From positions 64,001 to 128,000 of the IMG/VR virus record IMGVR_UViG_3300034101_006340: a stretch of 64,000 bases of DNA, one strand, 5' to 3'. The position numbers and the translations under genes were made by a program. This document shows, piece by piece, positions 49,701 through 54,630 of this stretch. Source of the DNA: a virus. The notes under the pieces were generated by a model, which did no database searches, was not told the origin of the DNA, and was given only the letters and a program-made list of their open reading frames with translations. How positions within the stretch are numbered: position 1 is the first letter of the stretch; the number at the start of each line of letters is the position of its first letter.

Positions 49701-52002
49701 TTTTAGTAGCATCAGTAAATAGTCTCACGTTCCCTAATGGTATTGTGTTTATATTACTGTCTAATTGTGTATTTGCTAATTGTGATGCTAGTGGAGCTGC
49801 CGCCGGAGAATCTTGACTTCCTAATATAGATGATGCTATAATTTTTTTTCCTATTTCTTTTTCGGAAACTGATTCTTTATAGCTTTTAATTTCAACTGGT
49901 GCCCCAGATGTATCGATTCCGTCTAGTCTAGCATACCGATTAGATGATAAAGCAACCCCTTCAACATCTCTTACAACATTTTGAAAAGCGTCCCCTCTTT
50001 TTGTAGGGGAGCGGGTTTGCATATATGTTGTTATCGAAGGAAGTTCTTTGTATCTTTGATCATTCTGAAGCTCAGACACATCGATACTTTGTGGAACAAT
50101 ATTAAAATTAAACTTATCTTTTGGATTAAATCTATTGGGCTTAGATCCTCCAGCATTAAATGGTTTACCTGATTCTTTGTCTAATTGTGATCTATCTAAT
50201 TGCACTTGATTTAATAGTTGGCTATTGCCCGCATATTTTTGAATAGGCCCCCCATAAGCATATCTACGACTTCTAGACGAGTATAATTTACCGCCAGAAT
50301 TGAAGCCCTCAAGATTTTTTCTTCCTGCTCTAGCTACCCCTGCTTTACTCATCACAAATTCACCAGGAGTCAACATTGCCGGAACACTATCTCTATTTCC
50401 AACTCCAGGAACACTACCGCCCTTGGCAAACCCAATAATTCCACCCATATTTGCTCGTCGCCCACCAGTTCCCCTAAAACCTCCGCCAAAACCTCCGGCA
50501 AATTGAGTAATAGCGCTTACGCCTCTAAATGCTGCCATCACACCTATAAGTGGTAATAATCCTTTAGTGGCATCTGCGACTTTGATCAATGCACTAGCTA
50601 AATTTAATCCTATCTTTACCAAAGCTTGAAAAGATTGGCTCTCTCCAAAGGATCTCATTAAGGCAGAAAATTCTTCTCGTACTTTTTGGAATTGTACAGC
50701 AAGTGCTAGTTGTCCTTTTGCTGCTTCTGCCGCCAATGACCCCTGACCAGCTTGTGCAATTTTTAATGCTTCTTGCGCCGTTGCAAATTGTTGAATAAGT
50801 GGAAGCACTTTACCGATTTGTCGGAAACCACCAAGTTCTTCTACAATTTCACTAAATTTTAAGTCTCGTGGATCTAACCTTCCTAATCCATCTGCTAATC
50901 TTCTAACCGCTTCGTATGGACCAACGAATTTGCCTTCTAGATCTGTTAATGTGACTCCATATTCTTTAAGAGCTTCAATAGTGTCTGCTCTTTGAATACG
51001 AGTAAAAATAGTTCTTAAACCAGTAGCGATAGTTTCTGCGCTTTCACGAGTTGTGGCACGAACACTTGTGAAAACAGCAATAAATTCATTTAATGCATCT
51101 GTGCCTTGACTAACGCCATTACTAGCAGCAGCAAACACACCACCAGTACGCTGAATAGCGGTAATAAGATCACTAGCTTCAACAGCAAACGCAGCAGCAA
51201 CAGCATTGATAGATCCTAATGCTCCTTCTAATTGACCGGCGCTAATTCCGAACTGTCTCATTAAAGCAATACTACCTTCAACAGTTTCATTTAAACTATC
51301 AAACGATGGAGCTAATGCGCTTTTTGCTAAGGCTTCTAATGCTTTTCTGGTATCATTAGCGTTTAAACCAGCTTGAGCTAGTGTAACAGCAACATTTGCA
51401 ATATCTGATGATGCAACACCGAACCCTGTGGATAATCTTGTTATTTCACCAACTAGAGAGCCTAATCCTGCTTTGGTTTCATTGGTAACTTGTGTTAATC
51501 TTACTATTTGCCTATCAAATTCAATATATTGTTTAATGCCAGCAGACAAAGCATTGGTAAAACCATATATAACTGATGTAACGCTACTAAAAGCAGCAAA
51601 ACGTCTAACTGCTAATCCAGCTTGTCTACCGAAATCTTCAAATTCAGTACGGGTTTGTGCGACAGCTCTTGCAGCATTTGTTGCTGCGTTTGCTGTAACA
51701 TTAATTTGAGCTGGTATATTATTAGGCAATCTAATATTGCCAACGCTAGCCATTGCAGCCGCTAGATTATTGAATGCTGTTGTAGCATTAGTAGCGGATG
51801 CTGCCGTTTGGTTAAGAGTAGCACTTAATGCATTAAGTCTTGTGTTTAAATTACCAACATTTCTACTTACTCTTGGATCTATATTAACATTAACATTAGC
51901 ATTAATAGTACCTAGTTGTCTGCGAATATTAGAAACTACTTGTCTAATATTAGCTGGACCCCTAAGATTAATTTCAGCAGTAAGATTAAATCCTCTAGCC
52001 AT
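34777..52002 (-). CDS. Giant tail tape measure protein (5741 aa) with embedded enzyme-like domains
   Basis: N-terminal TP901-type TMP core (ASDLITAIQRTGG...ESAETIATGLRTIFTRI), Ala/Gln-rich helical tracts, repeated DTVPAMLTPGEFVV modules; lies after the tube and chaperone genes. Confidence 0.92.
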   Translation of the reverse strand: MARGFNLTAEINLRGPANIRQVVSNIRRQLGTINANVNVNIDPRVSRNVGNLNTRLNALSATLNQTAASATNATTAFNNLAAAMASVGNIRLPNNIPAQINVTANAATNAARAVAQTRTEFEDFGRQAGLAVRRFAAFSSVTSVIYGFTNALSAGIKQYIEFDRQIVRLTQVTNETKAGLGSLVGEITRLSTGFGVASSDIANVAVTLAQAGLNANDTRKALEALAKSALAPSFDSLNETVEGSIALMRQFGISAGQLEGALGSINAVAAAFAVEASDLITAIQRTGGVFAAASNGVSQGTDALNEFIAVFTSVRATTRESAETIATGLRTIFTRIQRADTIEALKEYGVTLTDLEGKFVGPYEAVRRLADGLGRLDPRDLKFSEIVEELGGFRQIGKVLPLIQQFATAQEALKIAQAGQGSLAAEAAKGQLALAVQFQKVREEFSALMRSFGESQSFQALVKIGLNLASALIKVADATKGLLPLIGVMAAFRGVSAITQFAGGFGGGFRGTGGRRANMGGIIGFAKGGSVPGVGNRDSVPAMLTPGEFVMSKAGVARAGRKNLEGFNSGGKLYSSRSRRYAYGGPIQKYAGNSQLLNQVQLDRSQLDKESGKPFNAGGSKPNRFNPKDKFNFNIVPQSIDVSELQNDQRYKELPSITTYMQTRSPTKRGDAFQNVVRDVEGVALSSNRYARLDGIDTSGAPVEIKSYKESVSEKEIGKKIIASSILGSQDSPAAAPLASQLANTQLDSNINTIPLGNVRLFTDATKITGAGGSFKANSGKKKKFFGGLIQKFAVGGETEEIDPVIVEQYGEIGQIAIKNKKQDQSIQQAITDTLVKTLADLGNEAGIRDRGVAIPSNLQRKLRKDGILTGRLDPLVVAGILNKAKQVDTDEKTRKRGLRKVAIAGLQPIDYSSDKEWTLDLGPDNPLNGQKYTAMIRGFSKQYLGDVKKLRERQRQASLDFAKDTTATEALGPLSQTEAPIVGPIRPLAIDFDETLAFGTKMVDESGKEDIASYSLRDKVEASLAKARPSRLAQRLSEVEQKNPGIVRRLTRVLTARPQTTADLVAATLNRFGLPYQATDITGVSKGLGTNIAAGKAANLAAIEKFIDDNEENIKAAEKKGVQSYRYQEPESFDDQKMYTKTGEGNIEGSLLEQALAQKLGYQINVDALEATRAIDFPAGLGNAASLFNLPSNIETEVKRTLNGSAFDKARSEFERYFTENPDRFNLGGLVQGFEDGSPGGVKDRSTKNIRRGSRGPKGFVPLEPKQYELFAEQAYAQAGEYGGPGWGNHLGVPLPKPLAEYAQKIQQWVFESGGAGMSLGKKLVKIPDNIEPDAFEALKPDLIKQYDGWYSEIEEILPFGRATATKTPAASAREARANAALAAEAGNLVYTQAEEAIGSFKKTGQLSFDQAIDSHIQKSFPGYISQLQNDLASETDPDEKASIQRKLSKAQKALPDYQALLKGAAVPNQGRITGLSETLYALLDSYGSEVSDAEVDNIIRSMGMKLSKKNIGGPLSRFADGGYVPALLTPGEAVIGPKLAKSIGYAKLNKMNYADRYASGGGVGIVPGSGNTDTFGPVPLEVGSFVIRKKATEALGFNNGGRIQKFFFGGRGRRAPAARPDTVSAETIGASTQATTALTQLAETLQALGVNGSRSAALLNRSYQATAAEAERAAQADLAAARAAGAAADVIFDLETAVQQATTATQNEIAIRQQLGDISGAAIQDALGLVQQQVDRARAAAEATLRTTPSATTGVARTEEEVQAELRAGENDRRRQAYETVAFGGGVTGTSIDLDALGADGDDLARVFQILARDSRTLDQMNQRLTQTTRQRIEADLASGAIDEDTARARRAALDEEISARRRAVEGTAAAEGATSPGAVQGAEYQARTMRNMAIMTVGTLVADVLNTKSSATEAGVGGAIAGASQTYGATQQLIQEATNMADSLRATNPRMANFAGTIGRVAGRLQVLAVVAEAARQAYNAVRNFAIELEKKRVETAIEGLAEGFEKLNKDVNQIDLRNELQSKVITAAQAAERQRQMSQDSASAGLVNGLDVLSANLQSFFSGDITASRQASARGQILETEGIIPYLKTLFAGQQGLENIRGRTSAVSGRESAAIFKPVAENINQVIVSRIKAGESVEDILGGPEAEDFKRSLVMADASLATHIRSIELDTSLTEEARQARIKDLISITGTAMLRERSETALREKTQKNFGNLVGVYTRSLQRMFNNMDQAINATVFSLEKMKNSVELSTSAFQGQAQAGDINLGAKNIIQNPTAYSAPEVQRAASVGGALYGNRSAEMTQLATFGETITSSVMSTINNTLRDQGGNVTNEALTRIIDRNLKTTLKDLGLPPELADKLAKEVGDSITDIRKEGEDSVDYAKLSEKIAGLGSVTEVAKNAQQSVIKALEHYQSVLNQYTNNLNRIIELEVSARDRSRKSIQLVTDASLNLAKALGKTIKVADAFAKRDAEVAGQTGGLTDPTDIFNQFLALDTTRQMQQSSVRQSAEQGLAGAADFVKFNNELKNTNIALRENRAALEDMANNTEKASAALDAIQQAQQKAAGRVSFLEKIVTATPDELESTNNALIRLQRNINGQQNTIQNSIGAQRAYIQALESGASATEAMREAQAAFANERKETLGALQDILPFLGDSQQGNQVRANVLETMLQEAGMGVSPLMQQVLNSLRNPEQDPATAAAIQYYNQAIVEQSQATRLLGQLDATLADRIAQSNAKLIVEGLQQAVLTFQNAELRDIATNVNSIVSIMKAPPPAPGAAPAAPGIATGGLIYASAGQMVNFQPRGTDTVPAMLTPGEFVVNRKATQANLPLLQSINNGYANGGKVSYYAAGGFITNYGDRDKTLGAGQTLEKPILKDVDSNKIAWDIATSPLFALPDVYTSTYKMMASAIPGKEGYGLDSPNIIPGPPVPGYTPDIVRNDYEYSYKHNNALMNRASALSPAKPDDRLYFQDPALETIDKLSKNDAEKKAESIKTKFAGIETVTLPIATIDASNFGDPLKEGDVFSQTTNKITTSKQGKSAGVFYKTGRSPVMAGEVPIDSQELSGRPALGVYTQDTYAMYLGAGKPHAVASATKAKTNLQFLPESPYFGKDYSGDWNIVGTNVLKYPELATGQGLDLILADKIAETNVENAKLNELLINTREFLKGNLNYTEEGSKLQEILFGLFSNTIPSATLTNDSIGTNLSIFDGLQNVSAITVAQKSMEADFIKGLELARSNKAKASKEKVKFGIPGLAGPLDEFTLAEGFKITDTINGGETELPFMVNGAIDTYLGKGFAERASKQTLDDLINKSGIKTSTITDPIKLDLPANIRDVLPVGMGQGIDIPVQYTQYTGKLFDGAKKEFVGAPFTYLLPDKIDKTLFQQLDTERSRLFTNKKYTGADILANSNLADPNVGTAIADLLKAQLNKDPDYAAKQQAVKDLVRLSFKGGPVGLLKALDVPGGAGTAGRDIFAGFSDNAISVPIGDFFVDKLQSLQTMMAGAAAKVDNSAITKGKVFSDKENTQATLLMIRGAMQLFNNLGGLPTGWVANYGGTQAMRVAALGNYKDASSYMSGLFNQAGGYISQALMPKANSPQAANMLNNAYLMIGGAAGAFADIAQGNTSLLKQFYDQKANIADVFRSYGTSARFGKVGSMALSGDWQNLISTQLQGTKIQTVGRDGKLAASDLSVALPENANVNDLVKLIFNPYNEFPQTSTRKDLIQKFGNDLFNLRAENSTMPYFDPMTLSWIGDGLTRLMNWYGGIGDWVGQDYFFDTKAQPDNAARMAEFIDSYNKAGQDIYQKAQEAQVLFGLANNLGPLPSLNWFTSRAAAMGLEKPQPLATGGVVYASTGKLINFQPRGTDTVPAMLTPGEFVVNRSATQKHLPLLQSINSGSTPNQYSQGGVVYLAEGSKQPVAASDSLKNSINKAIEVTMESPQPEGVQPDNLKQALINDILKDLSEAGSSSMAQVETQEGIRIQKDLLPGGKLSSNKIPRVQQFSTDIQTLIGLKKQFGRADAMLAGLNVAGGADSPIDSIDLTNILSKDLQTLSIINPYLDDSWWIGENIKELFSWAGTTNDRKEFQTDASDQVRSLGPKLDIWHDILSKRTDLKGIDQRIKDLRQEHENLPRWTPAKTTKPITDEIAYLINNKPKWKAKQPEYQQRKSLLEDLISLRNIAGSGSTAALEGLIDMNLGVQSTSAKELSELSQLGMLPEDIRDEGLRKGSQIGLRNLLLTAAVAAAAPIALPAAAVGATAAALGTAGITIAGSVGGIMAASAADELIKTEKEKLLEKQAGYKSSAGTAEMLFDIADVALGGGALAAGPAGRLISKTKIGKLLKDGRAKILTRKGATETVEQTAKAADEVGTPAKTQVVDPMQQQSKMAADKIKAFVDERKTLSESIIRRESDPDFTYPVDGNGNNFAPIDYANARLKALNQRIKDGSLDTISDVDIKTAAEADFISRGGWNSVPPNRLSIERIQGQADEIIAGRKSGGKGGGGSYTQEAKARLIELDEQLVRRGDAAQAKKAADRLRRNSQDTLDKIKAERAAAKTADDATAKAADDAGVKPLDDTATTVKGPETYYTKGMFAGRRAQKFTEAVKNAREIYEASTKKIGNEVVDLFYQSGSGSALKDAATKNLADLKNNTVFDQAFKDAIGKGANETSAIQKALGEVPDTTIQDTLTKIKNNGFDIDSSGNLVLNDQATKIMMDDSLGKQLYDTKVAAMRQRVLDDMANKAGAKKPSADYDNLVKGFDDSDFPGFKPRSWPQFVKDNAIAFRSNKKSRLSTGLTILAGILAVWQLMKQAQEIQDAGRDRPMTREPIPPPEEGKVPPGGPDIGQPEQEAPRPEDFKEEAKVQAEAKKAIERPNYYDELTYKEFASQQIVAGNMPPAPDKNLFTTTAFYSKDKQGSYRTTAYDQRSTMVDQSVRGNALGQAKGEAATRTAASQVHTRTAAFAPGGAPMDMRDVEDQEAVGFAQEAGKARRRGEAAPEAEGFTPVAKFGQPSGKEEDMRDRNWAIRAQAERGGRKITGGKSPQSQYKSSYGWWRNRLGEFTYYSTKNDKIRDRWRQGYNIKTSSRGNTSQLQVDPEQLSSGGVVYANTGMLIPYQPRGTDTVPAMLTPGEFVVNRAATQKHLPLLKAINSGQRAMSKGGVVYLQDGGIPNLDSVASAFDAIGAVQGEDLAKLKEQGDRAARARADAESNRQGFYQCVAEKKSRLERDAQSERAAVRAEEEAKMNPDDEDRAKNARQIRMDYSSRLREIMDGFRKTSLAREDEAMQSSGLGRKELLEASPRFKIENEFRREKGDINTIQADSPLIDAFKNAVTTLLNATNGGADAQNNLPNMYAVTVPGMDIFYRNAGVSQTYLDREKRSTKFVKLDQEEQIARFEDKKTKERELDAQIRAECAGDDPVLKDLANKQAAAFQKGAERRIADRAARAQNKAFGGLIYASTGTLVNYQPRGTDTVPAMLTPGEFVVNRKATQKNLGLLRSINSNSYSGGGTVYLKKGGQAYEDEMASRRQSYKDQMKERKDSYEAEMQRRRDAYSSSKTKGVSYQQAYAEQQQANPNAREQAMMGQQAQGGGPGGAPAISPQVQQAVGQASQAAFDPSSYGDVNKQMVIFGTLLTGVNQVLVQYGATITQLNQALAGGGGGGVNGNGEAAQGAGGAQGGLAGLATFAQKFDTFVQQLQQLNIPPEVNVNLVQNKPWDINVNGADALKALIEGPLGNIVQDAIRQWENSNKDSKEGQQ
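35540..35697 (-). repeat. TMP internal module copy (GGLIYAS..QPRGTDTVPAMLTPGEFVVNRKATQKNLGLLRSIN)
   Basis: Protein-level repeat read from the translation. Confidence 0.9.
36595..36747 (-). repeat. TMP internal module copy (GGVVYAN..QPRGTDTVPAMLTPGEFVVNRAATQKHLPLLKAIN)
   Basis: Protein-level repeat. Confidence 0.9.
40340..40494 (-). repeat. TMP internal module copy (GGVVYAS..QPRGTDTVPAMLTPGEFVVNRSATQKHLPLLQSIN)
   Basis: Protein-level repeat. Confidence 0.9.
43500..43653 (-). repeat. TMP internal module copy (GGLIYAS..QPRGTDTVPAMLTPGEFVVNRKATQANLPLLQSIN)
   Basis: Protein-level repeat. Confidence 0.9.
47221..47450 (-). repeat. Two divergent TMP module copies (FADGGYVPALLTPGEAVI; GSGNTDTFGPVPLEVGSFVIRKKAT)
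   Basis: Degenerate versions of the same module. Confidence 0.7.
50345..50450 (-). repeat. First TMP module copy (FAKGGSVPGVGNRDSVPAMLTPGEFVMSK)
   Basis: Marks the end of the canonical TMP core. Confidence 0.85.
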
Positions 52003-52026
52003 AATTTATATTATACTCCATAAACA

Positions 52027-52061
52027 AATAACGCCACACTATGAATAAGCATGGCGTTATT
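52027..52061 (-). terminator. Intrinsic terminator-like hairpin between the chaperone-like gene and the TMP gene
   Basis: Minus strand AATAACGCCATGCT-TATTCAT-AGTGTGGCGTTATT forms a 14-bp stem whose two G:U pairs work only on the - transcript; followed by TGTTTA. Confidence 0.65.
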
Positions 52062-52092
52062 ATTAAACAAATGATTATATGAGATACCAATA

Positions 52093-53004
52093 CTACGCAC
52101 TAGTAGCGCTAACCGGCTCGGAAACTGGAGTTGGCTCAGTGCTAGGCGTTTCATTTGTAGCAACTTTTTCTTCCTTATTAGAAATTACAGGTTGTGGGAC
52201 TGTTTCCTCTTCAAAAACAACTGGATTGCCATTATCGTCTAAAAATGGTTGAGCATCAACAACATATTCACCAGCCTCATCAACTTGATTACCGTCTCTA
52301 TCTACAAACTCACCAGCCTCATTAATATATCGACCTTGTTCGTCTATTAGTCTACCTTCGCCGTCAACGGTACGACCCTTTTTATCAATAAATCGTAAAT
52401 CATCATTTACAAACTTGTATTTCTTTAAGAATTTATTTTCTGGTAAATTCTTTTCAAAGTTATTATCTAATCCATAAATCATATTAGCCAATTTTTGAGC
52501 ACCCGAAAGAGCCACAGGATCATCTATGCGACTCATATAGTCTTCAAGGCTTTCAAAATACTTTTTATCACTATCTTTATACACCACACAAGCACTAACT
52601 AAATAATTAAATCTAGCATTATCAGCTTGACCTTCGGCGCTATGGTTGTCTAAACTAGTACGAACGCTAATAAGTTCTCGGATCTTATTTCTTACTTCTC
52701 TCATTCGAATAGCTAGCTTCTTAGCTTCACTAAGTGAAAAACCACCTTTAGCCAGTTTTCGCTCTCCGTCTAATAGTTCTTTCTGAAGACTAGTATATTC
52801 TTGCTGCTTTTCAGTATTCCATAAACCCTGATCTTGCAGTAAGTCGTCCATCTTTGCCCTTACAACGCTTTTGCTCTTAATAGCGTCTGTAAAAGCTTGA
52901 TTATATACTTTTTGTCCTTCTCTTTGATCTACTAATGATGGAGATCTAACTGTGAAAGTCTTTTCTTCACCATTAACTACTACTTTGAAATCCTCGGTCT
53001 TCAT
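52093..53004 (-). CDS. Putative tail assembly chaperone with C-terminal heptad beta repeats
   Basis: Immediately upstream of the TMP; RBS AGGAG; charged helical protein; [IV][DN]xxGxx repeats. Confidence 0.55.
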   Translation of the reverse strand: MKTEDFKVVVNGEEKTFTVRSPSLVDQREGQKVYNQAFTDAIKSKSVVRAKMDDLLQDQGLWNTEKQQEYTSLQKELLDGERKLAKGGFSLSEAKKLAIRMREVRNKIRELISVRTSLDNHSAEGQADNARFNYLVSACVVYKDSDKKYFESLEDYMSRIDDPVALSGAQKLANMIYGLDNNFEKNLPENKFLKKYKFVNDDLRFIDKKGRTVDGEGRLIDEQGRYINEAGEFVDRDGNQVDEAGEYVVDAQPFLDDNGNPVVFEEETVPQPVISNKEEKVATNETPSTEPTPVSEPVSATSA

Positions 53005-53015
53005 AAAGGTCTCCT

Positions 53016-53366
53016 TTAGTTTTTCTTAGAATTATTACATTGACAGTTTCGTGAACATGATTTAGAATCTTCTGGTGCAACGGGGAACTTGTATGAGTAT
53101 CTTTGTTTGATACTTCCTTCTCCCCACTTATCAAAATCTTCTTTTGCATTTCTTATTTGAGAATTACCCTGATTTAATATTTGGTTGCGTGTTCTTTCCC
53201 AATCATCAGCAAAAGCTAATTGTTCTGCCGTAAGAGGTTCTTCTTCATCTAAAAAATGACCCCATAAATGTCCAAAGTTTTCTTCAAATCTACTAAGGGC
53301 TCCAATCATAATAGTTTGCATTCTTTTTTCAACATAGTATCGAAGTCTATCAGATTCCATTGACAT
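53016..53366 (-). CDS. Hypothetical protein (116 aa)
   Basis: ORF with AGGA RBS between the chaperone-like genes. Confidence 0.7.
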   Translation of the reverse strand: MSMESDRLRYYVEKRMQTIMIGALSRFEENFGHLWGHFLDEEEPLTAEQLAFADDWERTRNQILNQGNSQIRNAKEDFDKWGEGSIKQRYSYKFPVAPEDSKSCSRNCQCNNSKKN

Positions 53367-53380
53367 AAAATTTTCCTTCC

Positions 53381-54424
53381 TTATCTCTTAGTATTAAGTT
53401 TTTGTAATTGTGTCCTTAAGTCTTGTTGAACATCTGGTAATTGAGCGTCTTTGATCGATCCTTGTGCGCTTAATACAGTATCCATTTTTTGTTTTAGTTT
53501 ATTTGCGCTTTCTATCGAATTCAATCCAATAATATCCTGAACTTGTTCTTGATTATTAGCCATCAAGAACACCTCGTTAGCCTTTCCAATTTTTCCAGTC
53601 AACATATTATTTACACCTTTTTCATTTTTTTGTTGTTTATTTGATCTTGATTGTGTGATCATCCATCCTTCCAAAGCATCATCATCATCTATAATTTCTT
53701 TATTCGGACATTCTGGATGTTCATATATTCTATCATACATTAAAGAAACACTTAGTATACCTTTTTGCTCTTCCGTTAATTCACTAGCGCTATATGGAAA
53801 AAGATGTAATTTATTAACAGTATAATAATTTCTCCAACAATCACTACGAGCAACTAATTTAATCTGGCTGAGATCTAATAAATTTTTACTAATTTCTGCT
53901 GTAATATTATCAAATAAAATATTATCTATATCATTAATATCAAAAACTAAATCATCAGTATGAAAATGATATAAACTATTACATATAATAAAAGCGTGTT
54001 TAATATTGCTGCAATAGTTTTCTAGTGTTAAAAAATCTAATAGATGTTTTGATGATAATAACTGACTATATCTAGTAACCAATGAAGATAATTGTTTTTT
54101 TATATTTTGTCTTTTGGTTCTATCAAAAAAATTTTGAAATAGTTCAACTTTAGAATTTTCTATTTTTTTTTCTATTGAAACTAAATCCCCAGAAAATTGA
54201 GGATATAATATGCCTAATTCGTAAAGCATACTTTCTATATCATCAGAACCTAAAAAAGATTCAGAATATAAATTATCTTCATATGCTATCTGATATTTTA
54301 ATGCGGCTTCAAGTTTAATGTCCGTTGAAGCTGGACGCAATTCGTAAATATTATTATCTAGGCATAAAATTTGCTTACCAGATAGTATCCTGATAACAGT
54401 GTTTTCTAATTCCTGTTGATTCAC
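53381..54424 (-). CDS. Putative tail assembly chaperone, paralog of 52093-53004
   Basis: GTG start overlapping the upstream TGA; its N-terminal ~150 aa align by eye with the 303-aa protein. Confidence 0.5.
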   Translation of the reverse strand: MNQQELENTVIRILSGKQILCLDNNIYELRPASTDIKLEAALKYQIAYEDNLYSESFLGSDDIESMLYELGILYPQFSGDLVSIEKKIENSKVELFQNFFDRTKRQNIKKQLSSLVTRYSQLLSSKHLLDFLTLENYCSNIKHAFIICNSLYHFHTDDLVFDINDIDNILFDNITAEISKNLLDLSQIKLVARSDCWRNYYTVNKLHLFPYSASELTEEQKGILSVSLMYDRIYEHPECPNKEIIDDDDALEGWMITQSRSNKQQKNEKGVNNMLTGKIGKANEVFLMANNQEQVQDIIGLNSIESANKLKQKMDTVLSAQGSIKDAQLPDVQQDLRTQLQKLNTKR

Positions 54425-54573
54425 TTCTCGATCTGCTTGCTAATGATAGATTGCTGAATTTCAGCAATTTCCTTATCTCTATTACTAACTTGTTTTTGAA
54501 GCTCATTAATAATTTTTTGAGCTTGAATTAGATCAATATAAAGTCTACCTACTATCGCTAGTAGTTCGTCCAT
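54421..54573 (-). CDS. Small coiled-coil protein, 50 aa (MDELLAIVGRLYIDLIQAQKIINELQKQVSNRDKEIAEIQQSIISKQIEK); not in the ORF track
   Basis: AGGAAGGA RBS, ATG at 54573, TGA at 54421-54423 overlapping the next GTG. Confidence 0.75.
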   Translation of the reverse strand: MDELLAIVGRLYIDLIQAQKIINELQKQVSNRDKEIAEIQQSIISKQIEK

Positions 54574-54630
54574 AACTATCCTTCCTTTGTGGTCTTAAAA
54601 TTTATCTATTAACTTAATTTATAAGCTAAA

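Noticed and set aside
35540-50450. TMP repeats as a CRISPR array or a DGR template/variable pair
   Set aside because: The repeats are in-frame, kilobases apart, and differ mainly at synonymous positions rather than adenine-specifically; no cas or reverse transcriptase gene is in the window.
14105-51709. Many short (60-160 aa) ORFs antisense or out of frame within the large structural genes
   Set aside because: They are shadow ORFs fully inside well-supported long genes, with no RBS and no recognisable motifs.
54421-54424. Programmed frameshift fusing the 50-aa ORF to the 347-aa ORF
   Set aside because: The GTGA overlap fits ordinary translational coupling and no clear slippery heptamer with a downstream structure was seen.
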